DNA of 64,000 nucleotides, taken from assembly GCA_041674225.1 (NCBI GenBank), contig JBAYWG010000003.1, positions 2,582-66,581 of the forward strand, written 5' to 3'. Below are positions 1 through 9,046 of the stretch, piece by piece. Source of the DNA: Minisyncoccota bacterium (lineage in GTDB: Bacteria; Patescibacteriota; Minisyncoccia; Phycocordibacterales; JAACPR01). Position 1 is the stretch's first letter, and each line of letters starts with the position of its first letter. Below the pieces are notes generated by a model, which did not search any database, had not been told where the DNA came from, and was given only the letters and a program-made list of their open reading frames with translations. Both the position numbers and the translations under genes were made by a program.

Positions 1-615
1 ATTGCCACCTGTTGCCTGTGCGTTCTCTACTTCATCTTGGATGTGTTTGTCATATCTCGTACTTGCAAGACAAGTGCTAAATTTTGACTTATCTAATCCG
101 ACATATTCTGCAATCTTTGGAAGTTCAGCTAAATCCAGTCCGTTGTTTGCAGGAGTCACTTCATACAAACGGTCTGCATACTCCCAGAACTTGTCATTTC
201 CTCCTAACTCATTGGCGCACTCCATAGCAACAGCTTCTTTTCGTGCTTTTGAGTGAAGCTGGTCAATTGGAAAATGTCGATACACCCAAGCTACTTTCCC
301 TTCTTTACCATACGTATCCATTACCTCATTCATGGTTGTTTGGAATCTCTTACAGAACGGACATTCAGTATCAGAATATTCAACAACTTTCACAGGAGCA
401 TTTATGTCACCTCGGATATGGTCTTTAGATGAAACTGGCGTCATCTTTTCAAGATCACCTGTTTGCTTTTGTGCTACCTGTTGTTGTGGCTGACCAGCAG
501 TAGGTGTTTTGCCTCCACTATAGAGAACCGCACCAGCGATGAGTGCTCCAGCAATCACTACAGCAATCGGCATCGCAAGATTATTTTTTTGAGTTGTTTG
601 TGTTTTTTCTTCCAT
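1..615 (-). CDS. DsbA-family thioredoxin-fold protein (runs off the left edge)
   Basis: Not in the ORF track. Manual translation from ATG 615 gives MEEKTQTTQKNNLAMPIAVVIAGALIAGAVLY (TM anchor), then IVEYSDTECPFCKRF (CxxC) and VAWVYRHFP. Confidence 0.85.
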   Translation of the reverse strand, partial: MEEKTQTTQKNNLAMPIAVVIAGALIAGAVLYSGGKTPTAGQPQQQVAQKQTGDLEKMTPVSSKDHIRGDINAPVKVVEYSDTECPFCKRFQTTMNEVMDTYGKEGKVAWVYRHFPIDQLHSKARKEAVAMECANELGGNDKFWEYADRLYEVTPANNGLDLAELPKIAEYVGLDKSKFSTCLASTRYDKHIQDEVENAQATGGN

Positions 616-620
616 AATAT

Positions 621-992
621 TTATCTTCCGAACCATTGGTTAAGCCATCCCTTCATCGTATTTATCTCTGAAGTTTGAGCATTGATAATATCGTCTGCCA
701 TTTTCTGAAGTTCTGGACGCTTTGTGCCAGCCTTAAGCTCCTTTGCCATAGCAACCGCACCCTCATGATGTGTGATCATTCCCTCAAGAAAAGCTATCTC
801 AAGAGCTTCACCTGTTTTTCCATTAAGGCTTCCTGTCATCCCAGACATCGTGTGTTCCATTGTTGTAGGAGCTTTGGTGTCATGATAACTGCTCTTATCA
901 TGCGAGCCGTGTTTGACAGAGTTAATCATGTATCCAATACCTGTACCAAGTATCAGTGCGACGAGACCAACTATTATAATATTTTTGTTCAT
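621..992 (-). CDS. DUF305 (CopM-like) Met/His-rich secreted protein
   Basis: N-terminal TM; FLEGMITHHEGAVAMA and IINAQTSEINTMKGWL are typical DUF305 motifs. Confidence 0.85.
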   Translation of the reverse strand: MNKNIIIVGLVALILGTGIGYMINSVKHGSHDKSSYHDTKAPTTMEHTMSGMTGSLNGKTGEALEIAFLEGMITHHEGAVAMAKELKAGTKRPELQKMADDIINAQTSEINTMKGWLNQWFGR

Positions 993-1065
993 GCGTGATG
1001 TTAAAAATTAGACTTAATAATGACAAACCAAACACGCAACAGGCGTGTTTTCAACAAAATAAAAC

Positions 1066-1482
1066 TTAAAAAAGTTTGGGATTTAGAATACCTCTTGAAA
1101 AAGCATCTTTAAGCGGGTCAAATATGCGAAAACGGTCTTTAAGTAAAAAGTAGGTGTGTGCATTTTTTATTTCAGGAAATGAGAAGGTCTTCCATGGAGT
1201 CAATTTTTGCAAAGCAACAAAAAGGAATAGTGCGAAAAGAATTGCGATGGCATCCTTTGATGGCAGCGTGGTGAACATTGCCTGCCATTCTTGAATATGC
1301 TCAGTGATATTCATATTGCAAATAGACATTGAATGACCAGAAAATGGACAGTTCACGGCTTGTCCATTTGCACCCATTCCGAACTGAGAAAATCCAAAAA
1401 GGATCACGTAAAGAGTAAACGTGATGACACTGAAAATTATTATTTTAGGAATCTTTATGGACATAAGAGGGTAGGATTTCAT
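1066..1482 (-). CDS. hypothetical membrane protein
   Basis: Two hydrophobic segments, CPFSGHSMSIC motif, C-terminal FSRGILNPK. Confidence 0.6.
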   Translation of the reverse strand: MKSYPLMSIKIPKIIIFSVITFTLYVILFGFSQFGMGANGQAVNCPFSGHSMSICNMNITEHIQEWQAMFTTLPSKDAIAILFALFLFVALQKLTPWKTFSFPEIKNAHTYFLLKDRFRIFDPLKDAFSRGILNPKLF

Positions 1483-1578
1483 TTTAACAAAAAATCACCT
1501 CTTTGGTAAGATGATTTTTTGTTCTGGCTACTGCACTCAGCAGGTATGCAATTTTTGAATAGTATCTGTGATTTACCC

Positions 1579-1682
1579 AAAGTTCGAGACCATGACTGGT
1601 CTTCAAAACTTTATGACCTCGACGGCGATTTTAGCCGTCTCGGTCGGGCTCACATGATTGCTGCCGCAAAAGGATTCGAACC
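1579..1682. repeat. degenerate direct repeat copy A (tRNA-Gln 3' end plus flank, att-like)
   Basis: Aligns without gaps to 3761-3864, 71/104 identical by hand count; includes ctcacatgattgctgccgcaaaaggattcgaacc. Confidence 0.75.
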
Positions 1683-1709
1683 GTCTCGGTCGCCCTTGAC
1701 TGGTCAATT

Positions 1710-3572
1710 CTAATTATTGGCGAAAGACTGAGCTTTACTTCTAGATAATTCACCAAAAATACCTGTTCCTTTTGTCAGTCCGAGCGGAGCAAGTATGTCG
1801 ACGGAATATTCTTCTTGGAACTTAACGAGTGCGTTATATGTTCTAGTTGAAAATAATGACGTTTCACTTCCGACAGACCCGGCACCCGTCGAAGCAAGTA
1901 GGAAGCCTGCGCAATTAAGAAACTTCTGCAGAGATCGAACATCTTCTCCTTGTGAGCCAGCTCGAAGAGTCCTGTTAATAGTTCCAAGAGAACATGTACC
2001 ACCTACTAATTGAACAGCAGGCGAGATAATTACCTGATCCTGAAAAGCATTTGGATACTGATTAATCAGTTCTTGAGCACCTTTCGTATTACCCATCTCT
2101 AAGAGATTCTTTACCCGACTTGAAACGGAAGATCCGCTACGAGATCGATTCTGCGACCGTTCCTCATCTTCGACTCCTGGCTCAGGAACTGATGCTAGTG
2201 TGGTGAAACTCCATGTTGAGGAACTTGTGATTCCTGCAAAATGATTCCCCGCAATATCACTAACCGCATCATTATCAATAATTACATAATACTCTGTCTC
2301 TGATTCAAAATCTTGTGGAAACGCAATAGTGAGTACTTGTGTTCCACTTCCGCCGCCACCTGATTGTGCAAAGAAGACAGAATCATCGAGAGCTCGATAT
2401 ACCGTAACACTATCAGGTTCTGATTCCCAAACTACAGCCTCATTGAAGGTAATAGCTAGCCCACTATCTAGAGCTACGGCAGTAGCGTTATCGAGCGGTG
2501 AGAGTGTCGCTATCGTTGGATTAGCATTGGTTGTGGTAAAGGTCTTTTCAACTCCATAACTCGTACCTTCTGCATTTGTGGCATATGCCCTTACATAGTA
2601 CAAAACACCCTCATCCAGACCGGTGAGTGATCCGACAAATTCTCCCTCGCCCGTCCCATCATTCGCGCAAGTATCAGAGATGGTTGGAGCAGTTGAGGTA
2701 CTGACACATACACCTCTTTCAGTGACAGAAACTCCCTGATCATCAACCACCTCCCCACCCACTGCAGCAATAGTGCTTCCAACTCCAGCAATAGTACCTG
2801 TTACTACAACAGGAGCACCCTCCTCAACAAATGCAGCGCCTCCTTCGAGTTGAATAAGGAAGTCATCTATCTTGCCCATGCGAGAACCTGCGGCGGCAAA
2901 GAAACCATGGATAATACTTGAACCTCCGAGATCGGCGTTAACGACACCGTTCAATACTTTCTCTGTCTTCATGGTACCCAAGACGCCCGCAGCATCCGAA
3001 TTCCATATTTGGAAATTAAGGTCATAAGTATTACTGCCCTGCGCTGTAACTTTAAAAATCATTTTGTACCAATTGCCGACAACAAGGTCGGGTGGCCAAG
3101 AAACATCCGTATATGTTCTATTATTCACAAAAGATCCACCTCCACCATGAAATGACATACCGATACCCTTTAGCGGCTGCCCTGTGAAGTCCCCCGTATT
3201 AGTATCTGCATTTGAAAATCCCAATCCGCCATATCCGCCATTTGCTTGAATTTTAAAGTAAGCACTGAATGTATAGACATCTCCATCGCCAGCAACACTG
3301 TATCCTTGCTTGGTAGTCCAGTTATCTGTGGTACCCAGAGGTACATTTATCGCGCCCGTATCTCCGATACCGCCTGATGAGACATTTGTGAACTGAACTG
3401 AACCATCTGAATTAAAGTTGTCTGTTAGATCCGTAGTCGTATTGAAATCAACAAGATTGGTAACAAGGGCGTGTGCGCTTTGAACATTAAAGAAACTTAT
3501 TGCAACAAAAATTATCAGCAAACCTGACTTTAATGAAAAAATGTTTCTATTCTTAAATAAGTGTGGACTCAT
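1710..3572 (-). CDS. secreted surface protein: beta-rich N-domain, FN3-like, Ig-like (Big_5-type), C-terminal peptidoglycan-binding domain
   Basis: Signal peptide ending SAHA; YYVRAYATNAEGTSYG (FN3-like); LSPLDNATAV...ITFNEAV (Big_5-like); RTLRAGSQGEDVRSLQKFLN (PG_binding_1-like). Start 3572 preferred over 3662. Confidence 0.75.
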   Translation of the reverse strand: MSPHLFKNRNIFSLKSGLLIIFVAISFFNVQSAHALVTNLVDFNTTTDLTDNFNSDGSVQFTNVSSGGIGDTGAINVPLGTTDNWTTKQGYSVAGDGDVYTFSAYFKIQANGGYGGLGFSNADTNTGDFTGQPLKGIGMSFHGGGGSFVNNRTYTDVSWPPDLVVGNWYKMIFKVTAQGSNTYDLNFQIWNSDAAGVLGTMKTEKVLNGVVNADLGGSSIIHGFFAAAGSRMGKIDDFLIQLEGGAAFVEEGAPVVVTGTIAGVGSTIAAVGGEVVDDQGVSVTERGVCVSTSTAPTISDTCANDGTGEGEFVGSLTGLDEGVLYYVRAYATNAEGTSYGVEKTFTTTNANPTIATLSPLDNATAVALDSGLAITFNEAVVWESEPDSVTVYRALDDSVFFAQSGGGGSGTQVLTIAFPQDFESETEYYVIIDNDAVSDIAGNHFAGITSSSTWSFTTLASVPEPGVEDEERSQNRSRSGSSVSSRVKNLLEMGNTKGAQELINQYPNAFQDQVIISPAVQLVGGTCSLGTINRTLRAGSQGEDVRSLQKFLNCAGFLLASTGAGSVGSETSLFSTRTYNALVKFQEEYSVDILAPLGLTKGTGIFGELSRSKAQSFANN

Positions 3573-3760
3573 AATAAAATTTATAATAACAATTATATCA
3601 AAAAGTAAACTTATCATAAAGCAAGTCCCACAGACACTGACTGTATCATTAGAAATTTCCAAAATACAAACAAGATTTGCAAAAAAAATCTGACGGGATC
3701 AGGACTCGAACTACAGAAACGGCTTAAAATAAGACTTCTGCAAATTCAGCGAAAATCACA

Positions 3761-3864
3761 AAAGTTCGAGCCCATGACTCGTTCTAAATATCCGTTGCAA
3801 AATATAGCGATTTCATGAGACACGATCTGTCTCACATGACTGCTGCCCAACAAGGACTCGAACC
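3761..3864. repeat. degenerate direct repeat copy B, overlapping the tRNA-Gln 3' end
   Basis: aaagttcgagcccatgact...ctcacatgactgctgcccaacaaggactcgaacc; same internal spacing as copy A. Confidence 0.75.
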
Positions 3865-3913
3865 TTGATACCTGGTACCAAAAACCAGTGTCCTACCATT
3901 AGACGATCGGGCA
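3843..3913 (-). tRNA. tRNA-Gln(TTG)
   Basis: TGCCCGA/TTGGGCA acceptor stem, anticodon arm CTGGT-TTTTGGT-ACCAG, T-loop GGTTCGAGTCC; CCA not encoded. Confidence 0.95.
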
Positions 3914-3965
3914 AATTCGCGACAAGAGACATTTTGCACTAAAAATTTGGTTCTAGCAAGTATAG

Positions 3966-3995
3966 AAAAAAGGCGGCACCGCAGGTGCCGCCTTT
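3966..3995 (-). terminator. intrinsic terminator
   Basis: aaaaaaggcggcacc-gca-ggtgccgccttt hairpin with U tract on the minus strand, after 4012..4491. Confidence 0.8.
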
Positions 3996-4011
3996 AAAAC
4001 GCAAGTCGAAA

Positions 4012-4491
4012 TCAATCCAAAGGCTCCGAAAGAGTCCAAACCGTCTTAGGCTTTTCATCTGCTTGATCCACAAGTTTCCACACCGTCTCCGGTTTTTTGT
4101 CTTCCACTTCCCATGGCAATTTATCAACATTATGACGACCAGTCAGATCGCAGATGACGATTTTCCTTCTAGCGCCCCAAGCCTCAGCCAATTCCATAAC
4201 ATAGTCCTTGCGGACTCTTTTATTGAGAACAGAATGCACGATAAATGCATTCACACACAACAACAAGAGGCACACAGGATAAATCCAATGAAGCTCCACA
4301 AAAAAGAGACTAGCAACGGATAATGAAAAAATCCAAAGCAAGCCAACATAAAAAACTCCAAAGATTTTTTTCAACTTAAGGAGTTTATAACACTCCTCCG
4401 CATCAAGATCTGATTCGTATGAATCAACGCCACGGCTCTCAAGAAACTTTCGAGCGAAACGCTTACCCAAAATCGACATTATATATTTCAT
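4012..4491 (-). CDS. hypothetical two-TM membrane protein
   Basis: AAAGGA SD-like motif upstream, two hydrophobic helices, own terminator; C-terminal KPxTVW repeated twice. Confidence 0.65.
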   Translation of the reverse strand: MKYIMSILGKRFARKFLESRGVDSYESDLDAEECYKLLKLKKIFGVFYVGLLWIFSLSVASLFFVELHWIYPVCLLLLCVNAFIVHSVLNKRVRKDYVMELAEAWGARRKIVICDLTGRHNVDKLPWEVEDKKPETVWKLVDQADEKPKTVWTLSEPLD

Positions 4492-4542
4492 AGAACAATT
4501 TCCTTTCTTTGTTTAGGATTTGTTTAGAACAATATAACAGAT

Positions 4543-6180
4543 TTAAACCAACGGCAACTTAAACTCAAATGTAGAACCTTTATCTCGCCCAGCAGATGAT
4601 GCTTTCACGTGACCGTTGTGATCTTTAACAATTTTGTATGTAATGAAAAGACCATAACCAGTGCTGTTTACATTTCTTTTTTGAGCCTCCTCTCCTCGCC
4701 CACCTTGTTGGAACAAAACCTTTTTATCTTCATCACTCAATCCTAAACCAGTGTCAGAAACTTTAAACACAACATTTTTATCCTCCACACTCATAGAAAC
4801 ATTCACGGCTCCCGCGCCAGTATATTGAATTGCGTTCTCAATCAAATTTCTCACAGCTTGAGCTAAGTGTGTTAAGTCACCGTTCACCATCATTTCTTTT
4901 GATGAATCAATTTGAGAATTCAATGTCAGACCTTTTGCTTCAGCTGTAGGTTTTAGTTGAGAAATAATATCACTCACTAATGCACGGAAATCAAAATTCA
5001 CATGTTGATAATTTACAGTTCCGTCTTGCAAGTTGGACGCATCAAGAAGTGACTTCACCATTTGCACAGCTTGCGTGTTTGTATCAAAACCAACATTTAC
5101 CAACTTTCTCGCCTCATCTGTCAGCGCTCCATACTCATCATTTTTCAACGCATCAAAAATTAGTCGTGATCGTGTCAAAAATCCCTTCACTTGGTGGTTG
5201 ATGAACCGCATTAGTGATTGTTGTTGGTCGTTGGCTTTTTGAAGGTTTTGTCTTGCTAGAACTTCAGATTTAACACTTCTTATCAAGAAAAATCCTAAAA
5301 TAGAAGTTAGTGCCAAGTTTACAATAACAATAGTTCTTACCAAGCTTAGTGTTTGTAAAAAGAATAATGAGAATGTAAGCAACCATAGACTAAAAACCAA
5401 TATCTGAGTTGGTAATATTTTTGTATTGAACGCACCATGTTTTCCTACCAAATAAGACAAGATACCAATAAAAACAGGCATTCCAAATAGTCCATACTGA
5501 GCGACAGACCAATCTAAAGCAAAACTTCCAAAAATATTTCCAAAAGAAAACATTAATAAAAACATTAGGGCACCAAAACACATCAAAATATTTCTTGAAA
5601 TCTTTGTTTTATCTTCAATGTTTTTAATAGATTTAACACCAGCGGCAACGATTAGACCAACCATTAGTAATTCAACTAGATACGCATACAACCATAGAGG
5701 ACCTTCTATGGCTTCTCTATCGCAATTAGTAAAATCAAAACCAGTTAAATTTAAGGCTGTCGGAGCTAAAAATATTATTGGTAAAAATAAAATAAAAATA
5801 AAAACCGAATTAGATACTGGTAGTTCTTTTCTAAACAAATAATAAAACACAAATAGATAAGTAAAAATATAAATTAATACATCTAAATAGATCAAAGATG
5901 ACCAAGCAAACATAATATAATCTACCCTTTCTGTAGCCCACAACATTAAATCAACTAAAGACCACAGAACAAAAGTTATAGATAATAAAAACAAAAGTCT
6001 ATTCAAAGCACCTTTTGGATTACTCAAAAAAACAAAGAAAGCAAACAGTATAGATAAAATTGCAGGAAATAAATGCGAGTAGTAAATCAGAGGAGAGAAA
6101 ACATTGTCGGAGAAGAGAAGGAATTTCGCTGAATCCCATTCACATATTTCTAGACCAATTTTTTGAATGTTTTCTATCAT
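4543..6180 (-). CDS. sensor histidine kinase with multi-TM N-terminal sensor
   Basis: About 8 TM segments; H-box FINHQVKG, N-box NLIENAIQY, G1 VSDTGLG, G2 TGYGLFI. Confidence 0.92.
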   Translation of the reverse strand: MIENIQKIGLEICEWDSAKFLLFSDNVFSPLIYYSHLFPAILSILFAFFVFLSNPKGALNRLLFLLSITFVLWSLVDLMLWATERVDYIMFAWSSLIYLDVLIYIFTYLFVFYYLFRKELPVSNSVFIFILFLPIIFLAPTALNLTGFDFTNCDREAIEGPLWLYAYLVELLMVGLIVAAGVKSIKNIEDKTKISRNILMCFGALMFLLMFSFGNIFGSFALDWSVAQYGLFGMPVFIGILSYLVGKHGAFNTKILPTQILVFSLWLLTFSLFFLQTLSLVRTIVIVNLALTSILGFFLIRSVKSEVLARQNLQKANDQQQSLMRFINHQVKGFLTRSRLIFDALKNDEYGALTDEARKLVNVGFDTNTQAVQMVKSLLDASNLQDGTVNYQHVNFDFRALVSDIISQLKPTAEAKGLTLNSQIDSSKEMMVNGDLTHLAQAVRNLIENAIQYTGAGAVNVSMSVEDKNVVFKVSDTGLGLSDEDKKVLFQQGGRGEEAQKRNVNSTGYGLFITYKIVKDHNGHVKASSAGRDKGSTFEFKLPLV

Positions 6181-6192
6181 ATGATTTCTGAA

Positions 6193-6336
6193 TTATTCTT
6201 CTAGGATGGGTATACCATCGTCAGAATAAAATACTTCAAAATTATCACGGAGAATATACTCTTCATAAATCCAAAAAATTGAGACGAGCATAAAAATAAC
6301 AAAGACTACTATTAGCAATTTATTATATTTATTCAC
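6193..6336 (-). CDS. small single-TM protein (47 aa)
   Basis: GTG start, MNKYNKLLIVVFVIFMLVSIFWIYEEYILRDNFEVFYSDDGIPILEE; ends 12 nt before the kinase start. Below ORF-track cut-off. Confidence 0.55.
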   Translation of the reverse strand: MNKYNKLLIVVFVIFMLVSIFWIYEEYILRDNFEVFYSDDGIPILEE

Positions 6337-6450
6337 TATAAACTAATATTAGATTATTAGATTTTAATTGCAAACTTTTTATAAACACTTTTATTTAAAC
6401 TGAAATAAAAAATCTCTTATTAAACTTTCGAATTATAAGAGATTGATTGG

Positions 6451-7077
6451 TTAAAGGTTTCGTAGCAATGTCACACCTTCAGAGATGTAATAAGCCACCC
6501 CTGACCAGTAAGCGATATGCCAACAAACCATTGGAAGTAGTTTGGTGACAGTTTTTTTTACTAAGTCGTTTTCATGTTCACATTTCTGCGTATACATAAA
6601 AACAGACTGGGGATCAAAGACGTGGAGTGTTCCTACCGAATAAAGCAGCCACTTATTGTGCAGTAGCCAAGATTGAGTTTTTGTCTGAATCTTGGCGTAC
6701 ATTCTTTTAATAATGTGTCCTGTAATACGGTATTGATTTTGCATCAAAGAAATTAAAAGAAATTTCATCTGGTGCAACGGGTACAAAATGATGTTTTTGC
6801 CAAACTTTGGTGACCGAGTGCTTTCCGCAATCTCTTGCATGGCATGCATACCAAAAAGATCTACGCCGCGCTCATACATTGCACGATAGTGAATCGTCAC
6901 AATAATAATTGAGAAAAGGAAATAACAAGGTACAGTTACAATAAAGCAAATAAACCATCCGTACTTGAACGCAAGCCAGAGAAGCATTGGGTAAAAAATC
7001 AAACGATCCAAATACCCAAAAAACTGATCCCATGCAAGCGCTTTAAACGTTGTAAGCACAATCTGTTTCGTACTCAT
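6451..7077 (-). CDS. hypothetical membrane protein
   Basis: 208-aa ORF with hydrophobic N-terminus, TTGACT promoter upstream and hairpin at about 6411-6444 downstream. Confidence 0.65.
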   Translation of the reverse strand: MSTKQIVLTTFKALAWDQFFGYLDRLIFYPMLLWLAFKYGWFICFIVTVPCYFLFSIIIVTIHYRAMYERGVDLFGMHAMQEIAESTRSPKFGKNIILYPLHQMKFLLISLMQNQYRITGHIIKRMYAKIQTKTQSWLLHNKWLLYSVGTLHVFDPQSVFMYTQKCEHENDLVKKTVTKLLPMVCWHIAYWSGVAYYISEGVTLLRNL

Positions 7078-7227
7078 TTCAATAGAACATGTTTTCGGAT
7101 ACTAATTCTTACACAAAAAATAGAAAAAGTCAACTACTTCTTAGGTTGCTTTTTTTATTATTATGTTTACAATAAGAACATAGATTTATGTAATGTCAAA
7201 AGTTTTTATTTAGATTCAAAAATTAAT

Positions 7228-7665
7228 ATGTTAATGGTCAAAACGAAAGTTAAAAAAAGTACCATTCCAGATGCAGGTCTAGGGTTATTCGCTGACGAAT
7301 TTATTAAAAAAGGCACAATGACCTGGAGATTCTGTCCGGGCTTTGATCAAATACTTTATGAAGACGACATGTTGAGATTGTCAGAACCTGCTAGAAAAGA
7401 ATTCCTGAAACACAACTACAAAAGCCTGGAGGGCGATTATTATGTATCTTGTGGAGACGATGAGAGATTTATCAATCATTCAGAAAATCCTAATATAGTA
7501 GAAGATGACTCAACCAACAGTTCAGAACCATTTTCAATTGCATCTAGAGATATTAACCCTGGCGAAGAGTTGTTTTGCAATTACTACGACTTCGATGCTA
7601 ATGCAGATATGAAATTAAATAATGATTTTGATTATAAGCCAAATAAATTAATTAGATCTCGCTAA
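7228..7665 (+). CDS. SET-domain protein-lysine methyltransferase
   Basis: AGLGLFADEFIKKG, RFINHSENPN and RDINPGEELFCNY match SET motifs GxG, NHS and ELxxDY. Confidence 0.9.
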   Translation: MLMVKTKVKKSTIPDAGLGLFADEFIKKGTMTWRFCPGFDQILYEDDMLRLSEPARKEFLKHNYKSLEGDYYVSCGDDERFINHSENPNIVEDDSTNSSEPFSIASRDINPGEELFCNYYDFDANADMKLNNDFDYKPNKLIRSR

Positions 7666-7717
7666 AAATTCACTAATTTATTGAAATTTAATAAAACCTT
7701 TTTATTTAAACCCTGGA

Positions 7718-9046
7718 CTACTGAGACAACAAATTATCTATCCGATTAATATCTCGCGGGAACAAAGTAGCCTCCTTCACATTCTCTAGGCCAAGTAGTT
7801 TTGCAGTCAGACGTTCTAATCCTAAACCTAAACCTCCATGTGGTGGCATTCCTGATTTGAAAGACTGAAGATAAAATCTAAACTTTTCTGGATTAAGACC
7901 TTTCTTTTTCATAGACTCGATCAACATATCGTAATCATGAATTCGTTGAGCAAGAGTTGTGATCTCCACACCCCTAAACAACAAGTCTCCTCCTTTTGCA
8001 TATCCTAAATCATTTTCATCTTCGTATGTATAAAAAGGTCTTTTCTCAATTGGAAAATGTGTAACAAATATAAAATCTGAATTAAATTTTTTCTTAGAAT
8101 ATTCACAAAGCCATCTTTCGTGTTGAGGTTCCAAATCTAATTCACTTGAACAGTCTTCTCCAAACTCATCCTTGATTACATTTTGTGATTCTCTAAATTT
8201 AAGTGAAGGAATTGTTTCAGGAACTTCTGGAATTTCTGCATTAAATAATTTAAATTCATCTACACAATTTTCTTTCAAGCTTTTCATAACGTAACTCAAA
8301 AGCTGTGTTTCCATTTTCATAACATCAGTATGATCATCGATGAATCCCATTTCTAAATCACAACTCGTGTATTCATTAATGTGTCGGCTAGTGCTGTGCT
8401 TTTCTGCACGGTAAACGTTTCCGATTGCAAAAACTCTTTCGAAAATTCCAACCATGATTTGTTTATACAATTGAGGACTTTGTGCCAAGTGAGCTGTGTG
8501 TCCAAAATATTCTAGACTAAATGAGTTGGCTCCACCTTCAGCATCTTCACCAATTAATTTTGGCGCTTGAAATTCTGTGAATCCTTCTGAGTTCAAAAAC
8601 TCTCGCATCGCTTTCAAAATATTCGCTTGAACTTTAAAAACCGCAGTTGCTTTTTCACTTCGCAAAGTTAACGGCAAGTGATCAAGATAAGTATCAATAT
8701 TTACATCAGCGTCTTTTTCAAAAGGTAATTCTTTAGCTTTTCCTAAAATCTCAATTTCCAAAATTTCAAGCTCAATGTCTCCGTTCATTTTACCCTCAAC
8801 TTTATTTCTTTCTGGTCGTTCATTAACCTTTCCTGTTATTTTAAGAACCCACTCAGAGCGAATTTGATCAATCAATTCTTTATCAATCACGCCAGGAAGA
8901 ACAACACCCTGAACCTTTCCAGTCATATCTCTCAAGTCCATAAAAGCCATCTTTCCTTGATGTCGAATCACATCAACAAAACCGCCGATTACAACCTCGT
9001 CTCCTTTTTTTAAACTTAAATCTTTTATATAAATTCTTTTATTCAT
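7718..9046 (-). CDS. aspS: aspartate--tRNA(Asp/Asn) ligase, short archaeal-type (probably non-discriminating)
   Basis: OB fold, LAQSPQLYKQ, YRAEKHSTSRHINEY, GMPPHGGLGLGLERL; 442 aa, no GAD insert. Confidence 0.92.
   Translation of the reverse strand: MNKRIYIKDLSLKKGDEVVIGGFVDVIRHQGKMAFMDLRDMTGKVQGVVLPGVIDKELIDQIRSEWVLKITGKVNERPERNKVEGKMNGDIELEILEIEILGKAKELPFEKDADVNIDTYLDHLPLTLRSEKATAVFKVQANILKAMREFLNSEGFTEFQAPKLIGEDAEGGANSFSLEYFGHTAHLAQSPQLYKQIMVGIFERVFAIGNVYRAEKHSTSRHINEYTSCDLEMGFIDDHTDVMKMETQLLSYVMKSLKENCVDEFKLFNAEIPEVPETIPSLKFRESQNVIKDEFGEDCSSELDLEPQHERWLCEYSKKKFNSDFIFVTHFPIEKRPFYTYEDENDLGYAKGGDLLFRGVEITTLAQRIHDYDMLIESMKKKGLNPEKFRFYLQSFKSGMPPHGGLGLGLERLTAKLLGLENVKEATLFPRDINRIDNLLSQ

Noticed and set aside
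2-678. Plus-strand ORFs 2..256, 243..428, 463..678
   Set aside because: Antisense to the DsbA gene; the same applies to the many short ORFs nested in housekeeping genes.
1519-1713. 64-aa ORF
   Set aside because: TTG start, runs through the att-like repeat; the same frame is interrupted in copy B.
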